NCBI GenBank assembly: GCA_964577565.1
Contig: CAZNZL010000001.1
Span: 206,566-270,565 of the forward strand
Origin: an uncultured Candidatus Saccharibacteria bacterium
GTDB lineage: Bacteria; Patescibacteriota; Saccharimonadia; Saccharimonadales; JAGQNJ01
Reading direction: 5' to 3'
DNA: 64,000 nt
Both the position numbers and the translations under genes were made by a program. The notes under the pieces are model-generated. The model had not been told where the DNA came from. It did not search any database and saw only the letters and a list, made by a program, of their open reading frames with translations. Below are positions 54,469 through 64,000 of this stretch, piece after piece (position 1 is the stretch's first letter; each line of letters starts with the position of its first letter).

Positions 54469-55533
54469 ATGGCGCTCAGCAGTAATCCCGAAACATTTGA
54501 CCGCTCACCTGAACAAGGAGCGACTGCTGGGCACGACGCCACTATTTCTCACCTTAAACACCCCCTAACAATATACGATGTGGGTGTTAGGAGTGTTGTT
54601 TCTGACTCTTTAAAATCAGGGTCAGGTCAATTTGGCACATGGAAGTTAGAAACATGGGAGATGGATGACGACACCCGATATCAGGTCTGCAGTATTGACC
54701 CCGTTCGGCGTCGCACTAATGTAGCGGTTGCTACAGGCACACCGTGGGGCACACAAATAGAAGGCATGAACATGCACGCCGGTATAGATATGGCACATCA
54801 TGGTTTGCCGGTCATAATAGTAGGGCCGGAAATGAATGCATCACTACCTATTTCTCAAAGTGCACACAATCAACTACAAATTATAAATCGTATTGAAGAT
54901 ACTGGTTTTTCAGAACCAAAAGTTTCCATTTTTAAAGGCTTCTCACGGCAAGCAATGATCATGTTCGGATTGTTTGCATATTCCCCCTCTGATGAACGTC
55001 AAGTACTCTATGGAGAGGCGGTTGATCCATGCCTTGCCGTACCGTTAAAAGACATGGTTAGTGAATTGGACCCCCGTGGCATTATCGAGACACTTGAATA
55101 TAGTGCTCAGGAAATTATCGGCAGTTTACATCTCGTTGCCAGTATTTTACGTGATCCACGCAGACGGCGGCATTATACACACACGGTAGATGCAAGCATT
55201 GATGGCTTGAGACAATTTATACGCACCGGTAAACCGTTATTTAGTGGTGAAGCCGGTGAACTTGCTCTTCATGTTCCTACTGATGCCCACATGAATATTG
55301 GCTTTTTACTTACCAGTCTTGCAAATCAAAAAGATAAATTTGAACAGCGCCTCACCGATCACCCTAACGTTACTTATAGTGACTACGAAGGCTGTCATAC
55401 CCAAGGGGTGCGCCGACGTATTATGCAAGACACGTCACGTAGACTTTCGGGTTTAACGCTACAGCTTAGCCTTGGCGTACCCTATGACGAAATTGACTAT
55501 ACGCTTATAAATCTACCTGCAGAACGACCTTAA
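54469..55533 (+). CDS. Hypothetical protein (354 aa), possibly alpha/beta-hydrolase-like
   Basis: The ATG at 54469 is preferred over the track's TTG at 54463, with AAAGGA 9 nt upstream. GFSRQA resembles a nucleophile elbow, but the match is weak. Confidence 0.55.
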   Translation: MALSSNPETFDRSPEQGATAGHDATISHLKHPLTIYDVGVRSVVSDSLKSGSGQFGTWKLETWEMDDDTRYQVCSIDPVRRRTNVAVATGTPWGTQIEGMNMHAGIDMAHHGLPVIIVGPEMNASLPISQSAHNQLQIINRIEDTGFSEPKVSIFKGFSRQAMIMFGLFAYSPSDERQVLYGEAVDPCLAVPLKDMVSELDPRGIIETLEYSAQEIIGSLHLVASILRDPRRRRHYTHTVDASIDGLRQFIRTGKPLFSGEAGELALHVPTDAHMNIGFLLTSLANQKDKFEQRLTDHPNVTYSDYEGCHTQGVRRRIMQDTSRRLSGLTLQLSLGVPYDEIDYTLINLPAERP

Positions 55534-57491
55534 AGTTTTGCTTTGATTTCACTAATTAAATCGCGCAACTCAGCAGCTTTTTCAAATTCTAGGTTGGCGG
55601 CGGCAAGATCCATCTGTGAAGTTAAGTCTTTAATTAATTGACCGTATTCATCTTTCGGAATCTTTTTAAGATCAAGCTTCTTTTTATCCAGTTTTTCACT
55701 CTGTGGCAGCATACGCTCTTCAATTTTTTTAGCAATACTCTGGGGCGTGATACCGTGTTCTTCATTATAGCGTTTTTGAATTTCTCTACGGCGATTCGTT
55801 TCGTCGATAGCTCGCTTCATGCTACCCGTCATCGTGTCTGCATACATAAGCACACGACCCTCAAGGTGTCGTGCTGCTCGGCCAATAGTCTGTATAAGAG
55901 CTTGTTCGCTGCGCAAGAAGCCTTCTTTATCAGCATCTAAAATAGCCACTAGGCTGACTTCTGGCAAATCTAACCCTTCACGCAACAAATTAATCCCGAC
56001 TAAAACGTCATACGTACCAAGGCGCAGCTCACGCAAAATATCGGTCCGCTCTAACGTATCAACCTCGCTGTGCAAATACGTAACTTTAATGCTTAACTCT
56101 TGAAGATACTCGGTCAAGTCTTCAGCCATACGCTTCGTAAGCGTCGTAACAAGTACCCGTTGCCGCTTGGCCACAGTGTCGCGAATCTCAGCCAGCAGGT
56201 CATCAATCTGACCCGTAACTGGCCTGACGTCAATGCGAGGATCAAGCAAGCCGGTCGGGCGAATGATTTGTTGCACCGGCTTGCCGCCCCGTGATAGCTC
56301 ATAATCGGCAGGTGTGGCACTTACGTAAACTACCTGATTAACATGCCGCTCAAATTCGCGAAACGTTAAGGGGCGATTATCAAGGGCACTTGGCAGACGA
56401 AAGCCATGTTCAACTAATACCTCTTTGCGCGCGCGATCACCATTGTACATACCTCTAATTTGGGGAATCGTCATGTGTGATTCATCAATAAACATCAGAT
56501 AATCATCCGGAAAATAATCCAGGAGAGTAGCTGGCTGCTCGCCTGGCTCACGATTCGTCAGATAACGACTATAATTTTCAATACCCTTCACAAAGCCTGT
56601 TTCTTCAAGCATCTCTAAGTCGAAATTGGTGCGTTGCTCAAGGCGTTGGGCTTCGAGTAATTGCCCATTTTGCCTAAAATAACGCAGGCGTTCGTCAAGT
56701 TCGTGTCGGATATGCCCAAGCGCTACCTTTAGTTTTTCTTGTGGAGTAACATAGTGTGAGCTCGGAAAAATTTGCAATCTACTCGGCTTTGCGAGCACTT
56801 CGCCCGTTAACGGGTCAAGCTTAAAAATACTTTCTACTTCGTCGCCAAAGAAATCTACACGATAAGCAATTTCTTCGCTGGCTGGATAAATATCGACCAC
56901 ATCGCCGCGCACTCTGAAAGTTCCACGATGAAAGTCAATATCGTTACGCTGGTATTGGATATCCGTTAGCTGCCGTAGTAATTTATCGCGCACTCTCCGT
57001 TCGCCCTTTTCAATTTTGAGCGACATGCCTCCATAATCTTCAACCGAACCAATACCATAAATACAACTCACACTCGCCACAATTAAAACATCCCGTCTGG
57101 ATAACAGTGCATCGGTAGCAGCGTGACGCAACCGATCAATTTCTTCATTGATTTGGCTATCTTTTTCTATGTAGGTGTCAGAGCGCGGTATATAGGCCTC
57201 TGGCTGATAATAATCAAAGTAACTAACAAAATAGTGAACTGCATTATTTGGAAAAAACTGTTTAAATTCGTTATACAGTTGGGCAGCTAGCGTCTTGTTG
57301 TGGCTGAGCACAAGGGTAGGCTTTTGCACATTAGCGACAATGTTAGCCATAGTAAAAGTCTTGCCGGAACCGGTCACGCCTAGCAATACCTGCTCTTCTG
57401 CATTATGACGTATGCCATTGGTTAACGCTTGAATTGCAGCAGGCTGATCGCCAGTTGGTTTGTAGGTTGCTTTTAGCTCAAATTTTTGCAC
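55530..57491 (-). CDS. uvrB: Excinuclease ABC subunit B (GTG start)
   Basis: 653 aa with [12 protein letters not shown], helicase C motifs and a C-terminal UVR domain. The start codon reads GTG. Confidence 0.96.
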   Translation of the reverse strand: MQKFELKATYKPTGDQPAAIQALTNGIRHNAEEQVLLGVTGSGKTFTMANIVANVQKPTLVLSHNKTLAAQLYNEFKQFFPNNAVHYFVSYFDYYQPEAYIPRSDTYIEKDSQINEEIDRLRHAATDALLSRRDVLIVASVSCIYGIGSVEDYGGMSLKIEKGERRVRDKLLRQLTDIQYQRNDIDFHRGTFRVRGDVVDIYPASEEIAYRVDFFGDEVESIFKLDPLTGEVLAKPSRLQIFPSSHYVTPQEKLKVALGHIRHELDERLRYFRQNGQLLEAQRLEQRTNFDLEMLEETGFVKGIENYSRYLTNREPGEQPATLLDYFPDDYLMFIDESHMTIPQIRGMYNGDRARKEVLVEHGFRLPSALDNRPLTFREFERHVNQVVYVSATPADYELSRGGKPVQQIIRPTGLLDPRIDVRPVTGQIDDLLAEIRDTVAKRQRVLVTTLTKRMAEDLTEYLQELSIKVTYLHSEVDTLERTDILRELRLGTYDVLVGINLLREGLDLPEVSLVAILDADKEGFLRSEQALIQTIGRAARHLEGRVLMYADTMTGSMKRAIDETNRRREIQKRYNEEHGITPQSIAKKIEERMLPQSEKLDKKKLDLKKIPKDEYGQLIKDLTSQMDLAAANLEFEKAAELRDLISEIKAKL

Positions 57492-57497
57492 AACCTT

Positions 57498-57506
57498 ATT
57501 GTATCA
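57498..57506 (-). promoter_or_regulatory. Extended -10 (TGaTACAAT), 6 nt upstream of the uvrB GTG
   Basis: Reverse complement of 57492-57506 = TGATACAATAAGGTT, then GTG. Confidence 0.35.
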
Positions 57507-57520
57507 AACTACCTCTGTAA

Positions 57521-58174
57521 CTACTCTGCAAACCAAAATTTATTGCCATCTTTATAGTCTAGATAGATATCATGGTACTTCTCTTCAAGGATGGTTTCAA
57601 TTTTTTCTACTAATATTTGAGGATCGGTGTCATAAACAACCAGACTCCGCCGCGGATTTTCAATGTTTTCTAGCAGTGTTGGAATCATGTCAGCAGTCCC
57701 GCCGCTTCCAAGCAGCACACCGCAAGGCTTGCCAGCTTCAAGAGCTGAAATAAACTCGTGCAGGCTCCCAAACCTACCACCCACACTGATTACTGCGTCG
57801 CTAGACTGCACCAAATACAGATCTCGGCCAACGTACTGCATACCGGTAAAGTTAATGAAGTCAAAATATTGAAAAGGCAGTCTATACTTGCGCAAATGTT
57901 CTCGCAGGGAGGCGGCTGGCGAAAAACCAATACTTACCCCACCAGCTTTCGTGGCACCTTTGGCCGCATAATATGGTAAACCAACGGTGGCGCCTGTTGT
58001 AAGAATATGGCCATGTTTGGCAATTTCTTTCCCGAGCGATTCAGCTAAGTCGGCTGATTCTTTTACGGTAACGCCACCTGCTGCTCCCGAGACACAAATC
58101 GTAAAGCGCAAATGGACACCATATTTTTTTGTTTTCTTTGAAGGGTGAGGATCCGGCTGAAAAAGGTAACTCAT
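57521..58174 (-). CDS. LOG/TIGR00725-like (SLOG superfamily) Rossmann-fold protein
   Basis: ICVSGAAGG N-terminal Gly-rich loop and a VGGRFGSLHE motif (GGxGT/SxxE type). 217 aa. Confidence 0.65.
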   Translation of the reverse strand: MSYLFQPDPHPSKKTKKYGVHLRFTICVSGAAGGVTVKESADLAESLGKEIAKHGHILTTGATVGLPYYAAKGATKAGGVSIGFSPAASLREHLRKYRLPFQYFDFINFTGMQYVGRDLYLVQSSDAVISVGGRFGSLHEFISALEAGKPCGVLLGSGGTADMIPTLLENIENPRRSLVVYDTDPQILVEKIETILEEKYHDIYLDYKDGNKFWFAE

Positions 58175-59409
58175 AGTTTTTTTGGCACAATCATGTCGTT
58201 GTCTAGTTGCTGCAGTATTTGCTGTTCAAGATTCTTCTGGCCCATGTAGCGTATAAACAGCTCGTTCCAAAGCGATTCTCTAAAATGATAGATAGCTCGC
58301 TCTTTATAAGAAGAATTGTTTACATAACTAGCTGCCACATCAAGCATGTTGAGCGTAACCGGCCGGCCATCTTTATCCATTAAACCGACATAGTCGAGAT
58401 CTTCCCAAAATGCCAGCTCTTTATCTAACTCATACAATAATTCTCCGGCTTTTCGCCAGTGCAGGTCTTCGGGCTGTACGTGTGGTTCAAAAATTTCAGG
58501 ATGTTTTTCATTTTCTAATTTGCCAAAGTAGCGCTGAATCACTCTCCAATGAATTTTCTGTCCAGCCATAATTGCATGCTGACCTGGGTCAGCAATTAGT
58601 GTTTCAACGATTACCTTACCAAAGTGTGGCTTGACTTGTTGTAGCTTGAAGAAGGCCGAATACAATCTAATTTCGTGCAAATAATGGAACAACAACGGCA
58701 AGGTAAAAATAGCAATGCCCCGTAAGGTTGCTTTTTTTGTAATGGGCAACATTAAAATAACACCCAGTTCTTTCAGGTGCGTTATATTGTGGCGTTTTTT
58801 ATGAATAAACGGCTCGGCAATATCGCCCCAACGCTCAAGAGACATTTCAATAATTTCAATCTTTCTGGTTTCAAAATCTTGAGGTTTCAACGATTTATAC
58901 AGCTCGTTAAACTCGTTAAGCCATTCAGGCGTTTCTGCAAAGCGCAGCGCTCCGTATATTTCTCCGAGCTTTTCGTGCTTGAGCATGCTTTCAACTGACC
59001 GGTAGCCTAGGTGTGCCATAATTTGCTTGGGAGGCATTTTTTTGAGCATATTCTTTGCCACGGATTTCTTTAGTACCCAACAGCTTTTTGGCGCATCAAC
59101 CTTTTCCCAAGCTTTTTTCATCAGCGGCATGAGCTCCGCTGGGTCATCAGGGTTTTTACCGCCAATTTGTTTAACAAGATGTCTGTTGTGTTCGTCTATC
59201 TTAGCAAGTAGCGCATGATGCAATTCTTTGGGTGTGGTGTCGTTTGGATCTAACCCAAGCTCGGCGATTTTGAGCCGAACCTTACCAACAATTTCTGCCG
59301 TTAGACGAACATCGGCACTTGGATTGCCGCTTGCCTCTTCTAACTGTTTTACGGCTAGTGAAAACAATGGCTCAGTTGCGCCCAAAAGTTCTGAAATCAT
59401 GCGAGACAT
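58171..59409 (-). CDS. Hypothetical protein (412 aa, mostly helical)
   Basis: Long ORF, translationally coupled (4-nt overlap) to the LOG-like gene. No recognisable motif. Confidence 0.65.
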   Translation of the reverse strand: MSRMISELLGATEPLFSLAVKQLEEASGNPSADVRLTAEIVGKVRLKIAELGLDPNDTTPKELHHALLAKIDEHNRHLVKQIGGKNPDDPAELMPLMKKAWEKVDAPKSCWVLKKSVAKNMLKKMPPKQIMAHLGYRSVESMLKHEKLGEIYGALRFAETPEWLNEFNELYKSLKPQDFETRKIEIIEMSLERWGDIAEPFIHKKRHNITHLKELGVILMLPITKKATLRGIAIFTLPLLFHYLHEIRLYSAFFKLQQVKPHFGKVIVETLIADPGQHAIMAGQKIHWRVIQRYFGKLENEKHPEIFEPHVQPEDLHWRKAGELLYELDKELAFWEDLDYVGLMDKDGRPVTLNMLDVAASYVNNSSYKERAIYHFRESLWNELFIRYMGQKNLEQQILQQLDNDMIVPKKL

Positions 59410-59466
59410 AGTTATCTCTAGGTTAGCATAAGCGTATCATGAAGGCAAAGTAACAGAAGGTAATAC

Positions 59467-60429
59467 TTAGTCGATTTTTGTTTTGGTAATAGACATGGTT
59501 CGTAAACCGTTGGTAGAACGCAAAATACCTGTTTTTGCACCAAGCGTGCTCACCACACTGGTAGAATTTGCACTGCCAAATGTTATGGCTTTTTCAACGC
59601 TTTCATTGGTTGCGATCATAGCCACAAAACCGCTGCAAAACGCATCGCCTGCACCAGCCCGGTCGACCACTTTTACATCTTTATACATACCAGCTTTATA
59701 AATGTACTCCCCGTCAATGACATATGATCCTTTAGGACCATCAGTCACAACTACGATGGGTATATCTTTATTCGCTTTCTTTAAGAGCGTGTATAAATCA
59801 GCGGTGCCAAATAAAGCCTCTAGCTCTTCTTTATTGATACTTAACAGAGAGAAATTTGGCAATAATTGGCGAAATGCACCAGATCGCAATTCTCCCTGAC
59901 CCGGATTAATTGCAATTTTGATATCATGCTTTTTAGCATATTCAACAATAACTTTAAGCGTATCCACGTCACCCGATAGTGAACTTATATAAAACCAGTC
60001 AGGCTTAACACCTTGAAAATGTTTGTGTGCAAGCTCATACTGAGCCGAAGCGCCACGATACGTTAGTATCGTTCTCTCGCCGCTTGGTGACAGTAAAATA
60101 GTAGAGTAACCCGTGCCATATTTTTCAGTATGCCATACTAACTTGGTGCTAACCTTTTCTTCTGCCAGATCTTCTAGAACTGCCTTGGCGGCGATATCCT
60201 CACCCAAACGACCCATATAGCTACTGAGCATGCCGAGCCGAGCAAAGGTTACACTGGCATTAGTTGCTCCGCCACCAGTACTGTATGTGACAGCCTCCAC
60301 CTCATTTTTGGTACCAAGCTCAAACTGCGCAACAAGATCACCATCATCTTTCTTGGGCTTAAAAATTTTCCCTTGCAAAAAAACATCTTGAACGGCTGCC
60401 CCAATTGAAACAATATGTACCTTCTTCAT
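59467..60429 (-). CDS. PfkB/ribokinase-family sugar (phosphate) kinase
   Basis: 320 aa with an N-terminal GAAVQDVF and the C-terminal signature DRAGAGDAFCSGF. It starts immediately after the aldolase stop (TAAATG). Confidence 0.85.
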   Translation of the reverse strand: MKKVHIVSIGAAVQDVFLQGKIFKPKKDDGDLVAQFELGTKNEVEAVTYSTGGGATNASVTFARLGMLSSYMGRLGEDIAAKAVLEDLAEEKVSTKLVWHTEKYGTGYSTILLSPSGERTILTYRGASAQYELAHKHFQGVKPDWFYISSLSGDVDTLKVIVEYAKKHDIKIAINPGQGELRSGAFRQLLPNFSLLSINKEELEALFGTADLYTLLKKANKDIPIVVVTDGPKGSYVIDGEYIYKAGMYKDVKVVDRAGAGDAFCSGFVAMIATNESVEKAITFGSANSTSVVSTLGAKTGILRSTNGLRTMSITKTKID

Positions 60430-61470
60430 TTATAGATCCTGGCTGTGTGATACAAAATTATCTACTTGTGTTGACTCATCTAATGATCCGCGAGTTGCCT
60501 GAGCCGCAAGCTTAAGCTGATCTTGGTAAACCGCGCCAGCAGCTTTAGCATCACGATTCTTCGCCCATGCCTTTAGTACAGGATCTTGAATTGCGCGAGA
60601 AAACGAGAACGTCAACCCCCAAGAAAACGGCCCAGCTTGCTTGATACGATTAAGATTAACGAAGGCATCTTTTGGCGTTTGCCCGCCCGACAAGAACACT
60701 ACACCCCCAAGCTCAGACGGAACTTCTGCCTTTAGAAGATCGGCCGTTTTAGTAGCAACCAGTGCATTGTCAATGCCCACGCCGCTATCTTTGCCGGGTA
60801 AAACCATGCTTGTTTTCAGAATAACACCCGGTAAATGCACACGGTAGTAACGTAAAAAGCTAACTAATTTTCGAAATGTACGCCGCATAACTTCTTCACA
60901 CTGTTCAATGGTGTGTGTGCCATCAAACAACACCTCGGGTTCAACAATCGGCACTATAGTATTGTCTTGGCATATTCGAGCATACCGCGCTAAAACAAAG
61001 CAATTCGCATCAATACACGCTTCTGTGGGAATCGAATCATCAATTGTTATTACTGCCCGCCATTTTGCAAACTTTGCACCCGCTTGTGCGTATTTTTGCA
61101 TTCGTTCCGGCAGATTATCAAGGCCCTTGGTAAGCTTTTCGCCAGGAAACCCCGGCATGTCTATTAAACCCTCATCAACTTTTATGCCGGGCAATACCCC
61201 TCGCTTTGATAAATAGTCTTTAAACGGCACGCCGTCGTCGGTCTGCTGCCAATATGTTTCATCATATAAAATGACACCGCTTACGTAGTCTTCTATGTTT
61301 GGTGCAGTAATTAAAATCTGTCGATACTGTCGCCTGGTTTCTTCTGTACATTCTACGCCAACTGCATCAAACCGCTTTTGACAGCTTTTACTGCTTTCAT
61401 CGGCTGCTAATAACCCTTTGCCCTCTTGCACTAATTGTTTTGCTGCTTGTTCTAGTAATGCTTTATCCAT
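60430..61470 (-). CDS. Class I fructose-bisphosphate aldolase
   Basis: 346 aa with GLLAADES, the Schiff-base Lys context VILKTSMV, and LSGGQ. It resembles eukaryote-type class I aldolases. Confidence 0.9.
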   Translation of the reverse strand: MDKALLEQAAKQLVQEGKGLLAADESSKSCQKRFDAVGVECTEETRRQYRQILITAPNIEDYVSGVILYDETYWQQTDDGVPFKDYLSKRGVLPGIKVDEGLIDMPGFPGEKLTKGLDNLPERMQKYAQAGAKFAKWRAVITIDDSIPTEACIDANCFVLARYARICQDNTIVPIVEPEVLFDGTHTIEQCEEVMRRTFRKLVSFLRYYRVHLPGVILKTSMVLPGKDSGVGIDNALVATKTADLLKAEVPSELGGVVFLSGGQTPKDAFVNLNRIKQAGPFSWGLTFSFSRAIQDPVLKAWAKNRDAKAAGAVYQDQLKLAAQATRGSLDESTQVDNFVSHSQDL

Positions 61471-61477
61471 ACGGTGT

Positions 61478-61483
61478 ATTGTA
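61478..61483 (-). promoter_or_regulatory. -10 box TACAAT, 7 nt upstream of the aldolase ATG
   Basis: Reverse complement of 61471-61483 = TACAATACACCGT, then ATG. Confidence 0.4.
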
Positions 61484-61510
61484 AATGGTTATGTTTTTCT
61501 TTGCTAGGCA

Positions 61511-62482
61511 TCAATCCATGAGTTGGTGCGCCGCGAGCGCTATGTGTTTTGCTGTTAAACCAAAGTGTTTAAGTAGTTCCTCGGGATCGCCTGACTCACC
61601 AAAACGATCTTGCATTCCTATGCGACGTACGGGTACCGGATAATGCTCGGCAGCAAACTCTGCTATAGCACCGCCAAGGCCTCCAATAATTTGATGTTCC
61701 TCAGCAGTAACAACTCGACGCGTTTTTTTAATACTTTTCAATATTGTGGCAGCATCTAATGGTTTAATGGTTGGGCAATGAATAACTTCTGCATCTATCC
61801 CTTCTTTATAAAGCATTTCTGAGGCCAGTAGGGCTTGGTATGTCATAGTACCGGTTGCAATAATTGTTACATCAGTTCCGGGTGTGTAAACGTACGCTTT
61901 GCCGATTTCAAATGGTGTCTTATCAGTAGTCATGATAGGTGTTGCTTCACGCGCCAACCTCATATACGCTGGTCGTTTATTAAGCGCAAAGGCTTTGGTT
62001 GCACGCTCAGCCTCTAGACTGTCACCCGGTGCAACCACAATCATATTTGGTAGCGCGCGCATTAAGGCAATATCCTCGAGCATTTGATGGGTAGCACCAT
62101 CGGGCCCAACACTGACACCTGCATGAGAGCCAATTACTTTAACGGGTTGATCGTTAAGACATATAGTCGTTCTAATTTGCTCCCAGTTGCGGCCAGGGCT
62201 AAACGCAGCGTAGCTACTTACAAAAGGGATTTTCTCTTGTGCGGCCAAGCCAGAGCCTACCGTTACAAGATTTTGTTCGGCTACGCCTATTTCTATAAAA
62301 CGCTCCGGAAAAGCATCCCGAAACAAATGCATCTGGGTTGATTCAGTTAAATCGGCGCAAGCGGCTACAATTGCTTCGTTGTGTTTGGCAGCCTCTAGCA
62401 AACCGCGGCCAAAGCCTTTTCTAATAGGTTCCGCTATAACATTGGTACCGGTCCAGTGTTTATGTACAAGATGTAGATCCAT
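61511..62482 (-). CDS. Transketolase, C-terminal (pyrimidine-binding) subunit
   Basis: 323 aa with FIEIGVAEQNLV and GPDGATHQ motifs. Split-type transketolase. Confidence 0.92.
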   Translation of the reverse strand: MDLHLVHKHWTGTNVIAEPIRKGFGRGLLEAAKHNEAIVAACADLTESTQMHLFRDAFPERFIEIGVAEQNLVTVGSGLAAQEKIPFVSSYAAFSPGRNWEQIRTTICLNDQPVKVIGSHAGVSVGPDGATHQMLEDIALMRALPNMIVVAPGDSLEAERATKAFALNKRPAYMRLAREATPIMTTDKTPFEIGKAYVYTPGTDVTIIATGTMTYQALLASEMLYKEGIDAEVIHCPTIKPLDAATILKSIKKTRRVVTAEEHQIIGGLGGAIAEFAAEHYPVPVRRIGMQDRFGESGDPEELLKHFGLTAKHIALAAHQLMD

Positions 62483-63342
62483 TATTGATGCTCACTCCTG
62501 ATTTTTCCTTTTAAAGTCCTGATGTCACGGAGTGCTTCTTTGGCTTGTTCTTTGTTTGGTGGTTTACCATGCCAGTTAAAATCATATTCCATGAAGTCTA
62601 CCCCTTTACCGGGTACTGTATGAGCTATAATCATCGTCGGCTTGGTCGTAATAGCTCTTGCCATTGAGCAAGCATCAATAATCGCCTCAATGTTATTGCC
62701 GTCAATCTCTAGAACGTGCCAGCCAAAGCCCTCCCACTTGGCTTTTAAATCTTCAAGTGGCATTACTTCTTCGGTTGGGCCATCAATTTGAATATCGTTA
62801 CGATCTGTAATGGCAATGATATTATGCAGGCTATATTTAGAGGCTAACATGGCGGCTTCCCACACATTGCCCTCATTTTGCTCACCATCACCCATTACTA
62901 CGTAAAGCCAGCGATGTGTGTCGTTGTTCATTTTCATTGCGAGTGCCATGCCACAGGCTTGGCTCAGGCCACATCCCAACGGGCCACTTGTATTTTCTAG
63001 ACCCGGTAATTTTGTGCGCTCTGGATGTCCCTGAAGTCGAGAACCAAACTGGCGCAGTGTCATTAACTCTTGTTTATCAAAATAACCAGCATGCGCCATA
63101 GCGGCATACTGTACGGGGACGCAATGACCATTGCTGAGCAGTAGTATATCGCGCTCCTTCCAGTTCGGTTTACGTGGGTCGTGTTTAAGAATATCAAAAT
63201 AAAGCGCCGTAAAGATATCGGCCAGACCAAGCGGTCCGGCACTGTGCCCACTGCCGGCGCGTTCGAGCATTTTAATTATGTCTTCTCGTACGCTGTTAGC
63301 AATAAGGTCTAATTCGTGCAATGAATGCTTTTGTCCGCCCAT
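62482..63342 (-). CDS. Transketolase, N-terminal (TPP-binding) subunit
   Basis: 286 aa with the SGHSAGPLG and GDGEQNEGNVWEA ThDP motif. Its stop overlaps the start of the C-terminal subunit. Confidence 0.92.
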   Translation of the reverse strand: MGGQKHSLHELDLIANSVREDIIKMLERAGSGHSAGPLGLADIFTALYFDILKHDPRKPNWKERDILLLSNGHCVPVQYAAMAHAGYFDKQELMTLRQFGSRLQGHPERTKLPGLENTSGPLGCGLSQACGMALAMKMNNDTHRWLYVVMGDGEQNEGNVWEAAMLASKYSLHNIIAITDRNDIQIDGPTEEVMPLEDLKAKWEGFGWHVLEIDGNNIEAIIDACSMARAITTKPTMIIAHTVPGKGVDFMEYDFNWHGKPPNKEQAKEALRDIRTLKGKIRSEHQ

Positions 63343-63353
63343 ACTTATGGCAA

Positions 63354-63362
63354 ATTATAACA
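63354..63362 (-). promoter_or_regulatory. Extended -10 (TGtTATAAT), 11 nt upstream of the transketolase ATG
   Basis: Reverse complement of 63343-63362 = TGTTATAATTTGCCATAAGT, then ATG. Confidence 0.5.
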
Positions 63363-63366
63363 TGCT

Positions 63367-63996
63367 TTAGCTTATAATTCTTTGTAAGTATAAGAAATTC
63401 TGGCGCGGCTCAACTGCATTTTGAATATAGCCACCAACATTTAAGACATCGACACCGCCTTCTACAAGTTTGGCAGCATTCGAATCATTAACGCCACCAT
63501 CCCAACCAATCTCTAGCTCTGGCTTCCATTCCTTTAGTTGCCGCACTTTGGTTAGCAGCGATAAATCGGCTATGCCGCCAAACATACCAAGGTCACCACT
63601 AAACATCATAATGTGATCAATGTATTTTAATGATGGCTTTAAGACGTGGGTTGAGGTTTTCGCGAGTAATGCCACGCCAGTTTTGATTGCATGCTTGTCA
63701 AGTTTGCTTTTAATGTTATAGAACACGCCTTCTGCCTCGGCATGAACAATAACCATATGCGGCTTTAAACGAATGCAATCATGTAAGACTGCTTCTGGAT
63801 TTTTGTACATAAGATGAAGATCGGCCTTAATGGTTGCAGGTAACCATACCTGCTCAAGCGTTACCGTCGTATTTTTAGCAAAGTCACCATCGGTTACGTC
63901 TATTTGTATACGATCTGCAAAACCCTCGACGCGCTTTATTTGGGTTTGATACTCGTGAGCGTCTCGAGCTAAAACAGCCGGACAAACTATTGCCAT
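63367..63996 (-). CDS. Ribulose-phosphate 3-epimerase-family protein
   Basis: 209 aa TIM-barrel pattern (IQIDVTDGDF, VIVHAEA, MFSGDLGMFGG, GWDGGVN), next to transketolase. Confidence 0.65.
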   Translation of the reverse strand: MAIVCPAVLARDAHEYQTQIKRVEGFADRIQIDVTDGDFAKNTTVTLEQVWLPATIKADLHLMYKNPEAVLHDCIRLKPHMVIVHAEAEGVFYNIKSKLDKHAIKTGVALLAKTSTHVLKPSLKYIDHIMMFSGDLGMFGGIADLSLLTKVRQLKEWKPELEIGWDGGVNDSNAAKLVEGGVDVLNVGGYIQNAVEPRQNFLYLQRIIS

Positions 63997-64000
63997 ACTA

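Noticed and set aside
1-64000. Search by eye for CRISPR arrays, IS elements or transposases, integrases, phage genes, rRNA, tmRNA, RNase P, toxin-antitoxin pairs and known defence genes.
   Set aside because: I found no regularly spaced direct repeats and no recombinase- or transposase-like translations. The only RNA gene I could support is tRNA-Leu(UAG). A computational scan (tRNAscan-SE, Infernal/Rfam, DefenseFinder) would be needed to be certain.

Overview
This is a gene-dense 64-kb housekeeping region, mostly on the minus strand, from a compact bacterial genome. The gene content suggests a Patescibacteria/Saccharibacteria-type organism, but this is inference only: class I aldolase, split transketolase, a lone PilB-type ATPase, many 1-nt and 4-nt gene overlaps, and many acidic orphan ORFs.

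Gene order, right to left on the minus strand: rpe-like, tktN, tktC, class I fba, pfkB kinase, a 412-aa unknown, a LOG-like protein, uvrB, gatC-gatA-(inserted ORF)-gatB, DUF948/YtxH/small membrane genes, dnaE, pilB-like ATPase, rplS-rnhB-yraN, nusA, orphan, clpC, HExxH protein, radA, tyrS, methyltransferase, recG, PLC-like protein, rsmD, tRNA-Leu(UAG), hisS, a DUF457-like gene, tig, orphan, clpP. The order then continues rpoB-rpoC-rpsL-rpsG-fusA-tuf-rpsJ-rplC-rplD-rplW-rplB. Plus-strand genes are PBP1A, pepN, malic enzyme plus an orphan, a TrmH-family methyltransferase, a CAP-domain protein and a 354-aa unknown. I saw no rRNA, CRISPR, transposase, integrase or phage genes.

Main observations:
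1. A roughly 77-nt element occurs in the rplC|rplD and rpoB|rpoC spacers. In both it forms a complete 34/36-codon mini-ORF locked to the flanking genes by TAATG stop/start overlaps at both ends. A third, non-coding but structurally compensated copy lies in the clpC leader, and a degenerate copy lies in a roughly 300-nt rplC leader.
2. Every junction of the normally contiguous str/S10 ribosomal superoperon carries an orphan ORF. Two of these are small paralogous proteins with a two-CP (Cys-Pro) motif.
3. Perfect CIRCE (HrcA) operators sit inside near-identical promoter cassettes in front of clpP and clpC.
4. Many first genes have an extended -10 box 6-8 nt upstream of the start codon, which suggests widespread leaderless mRNAs.

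All functional calls rest on reading the translations and motifs by eye. No database search was possible.
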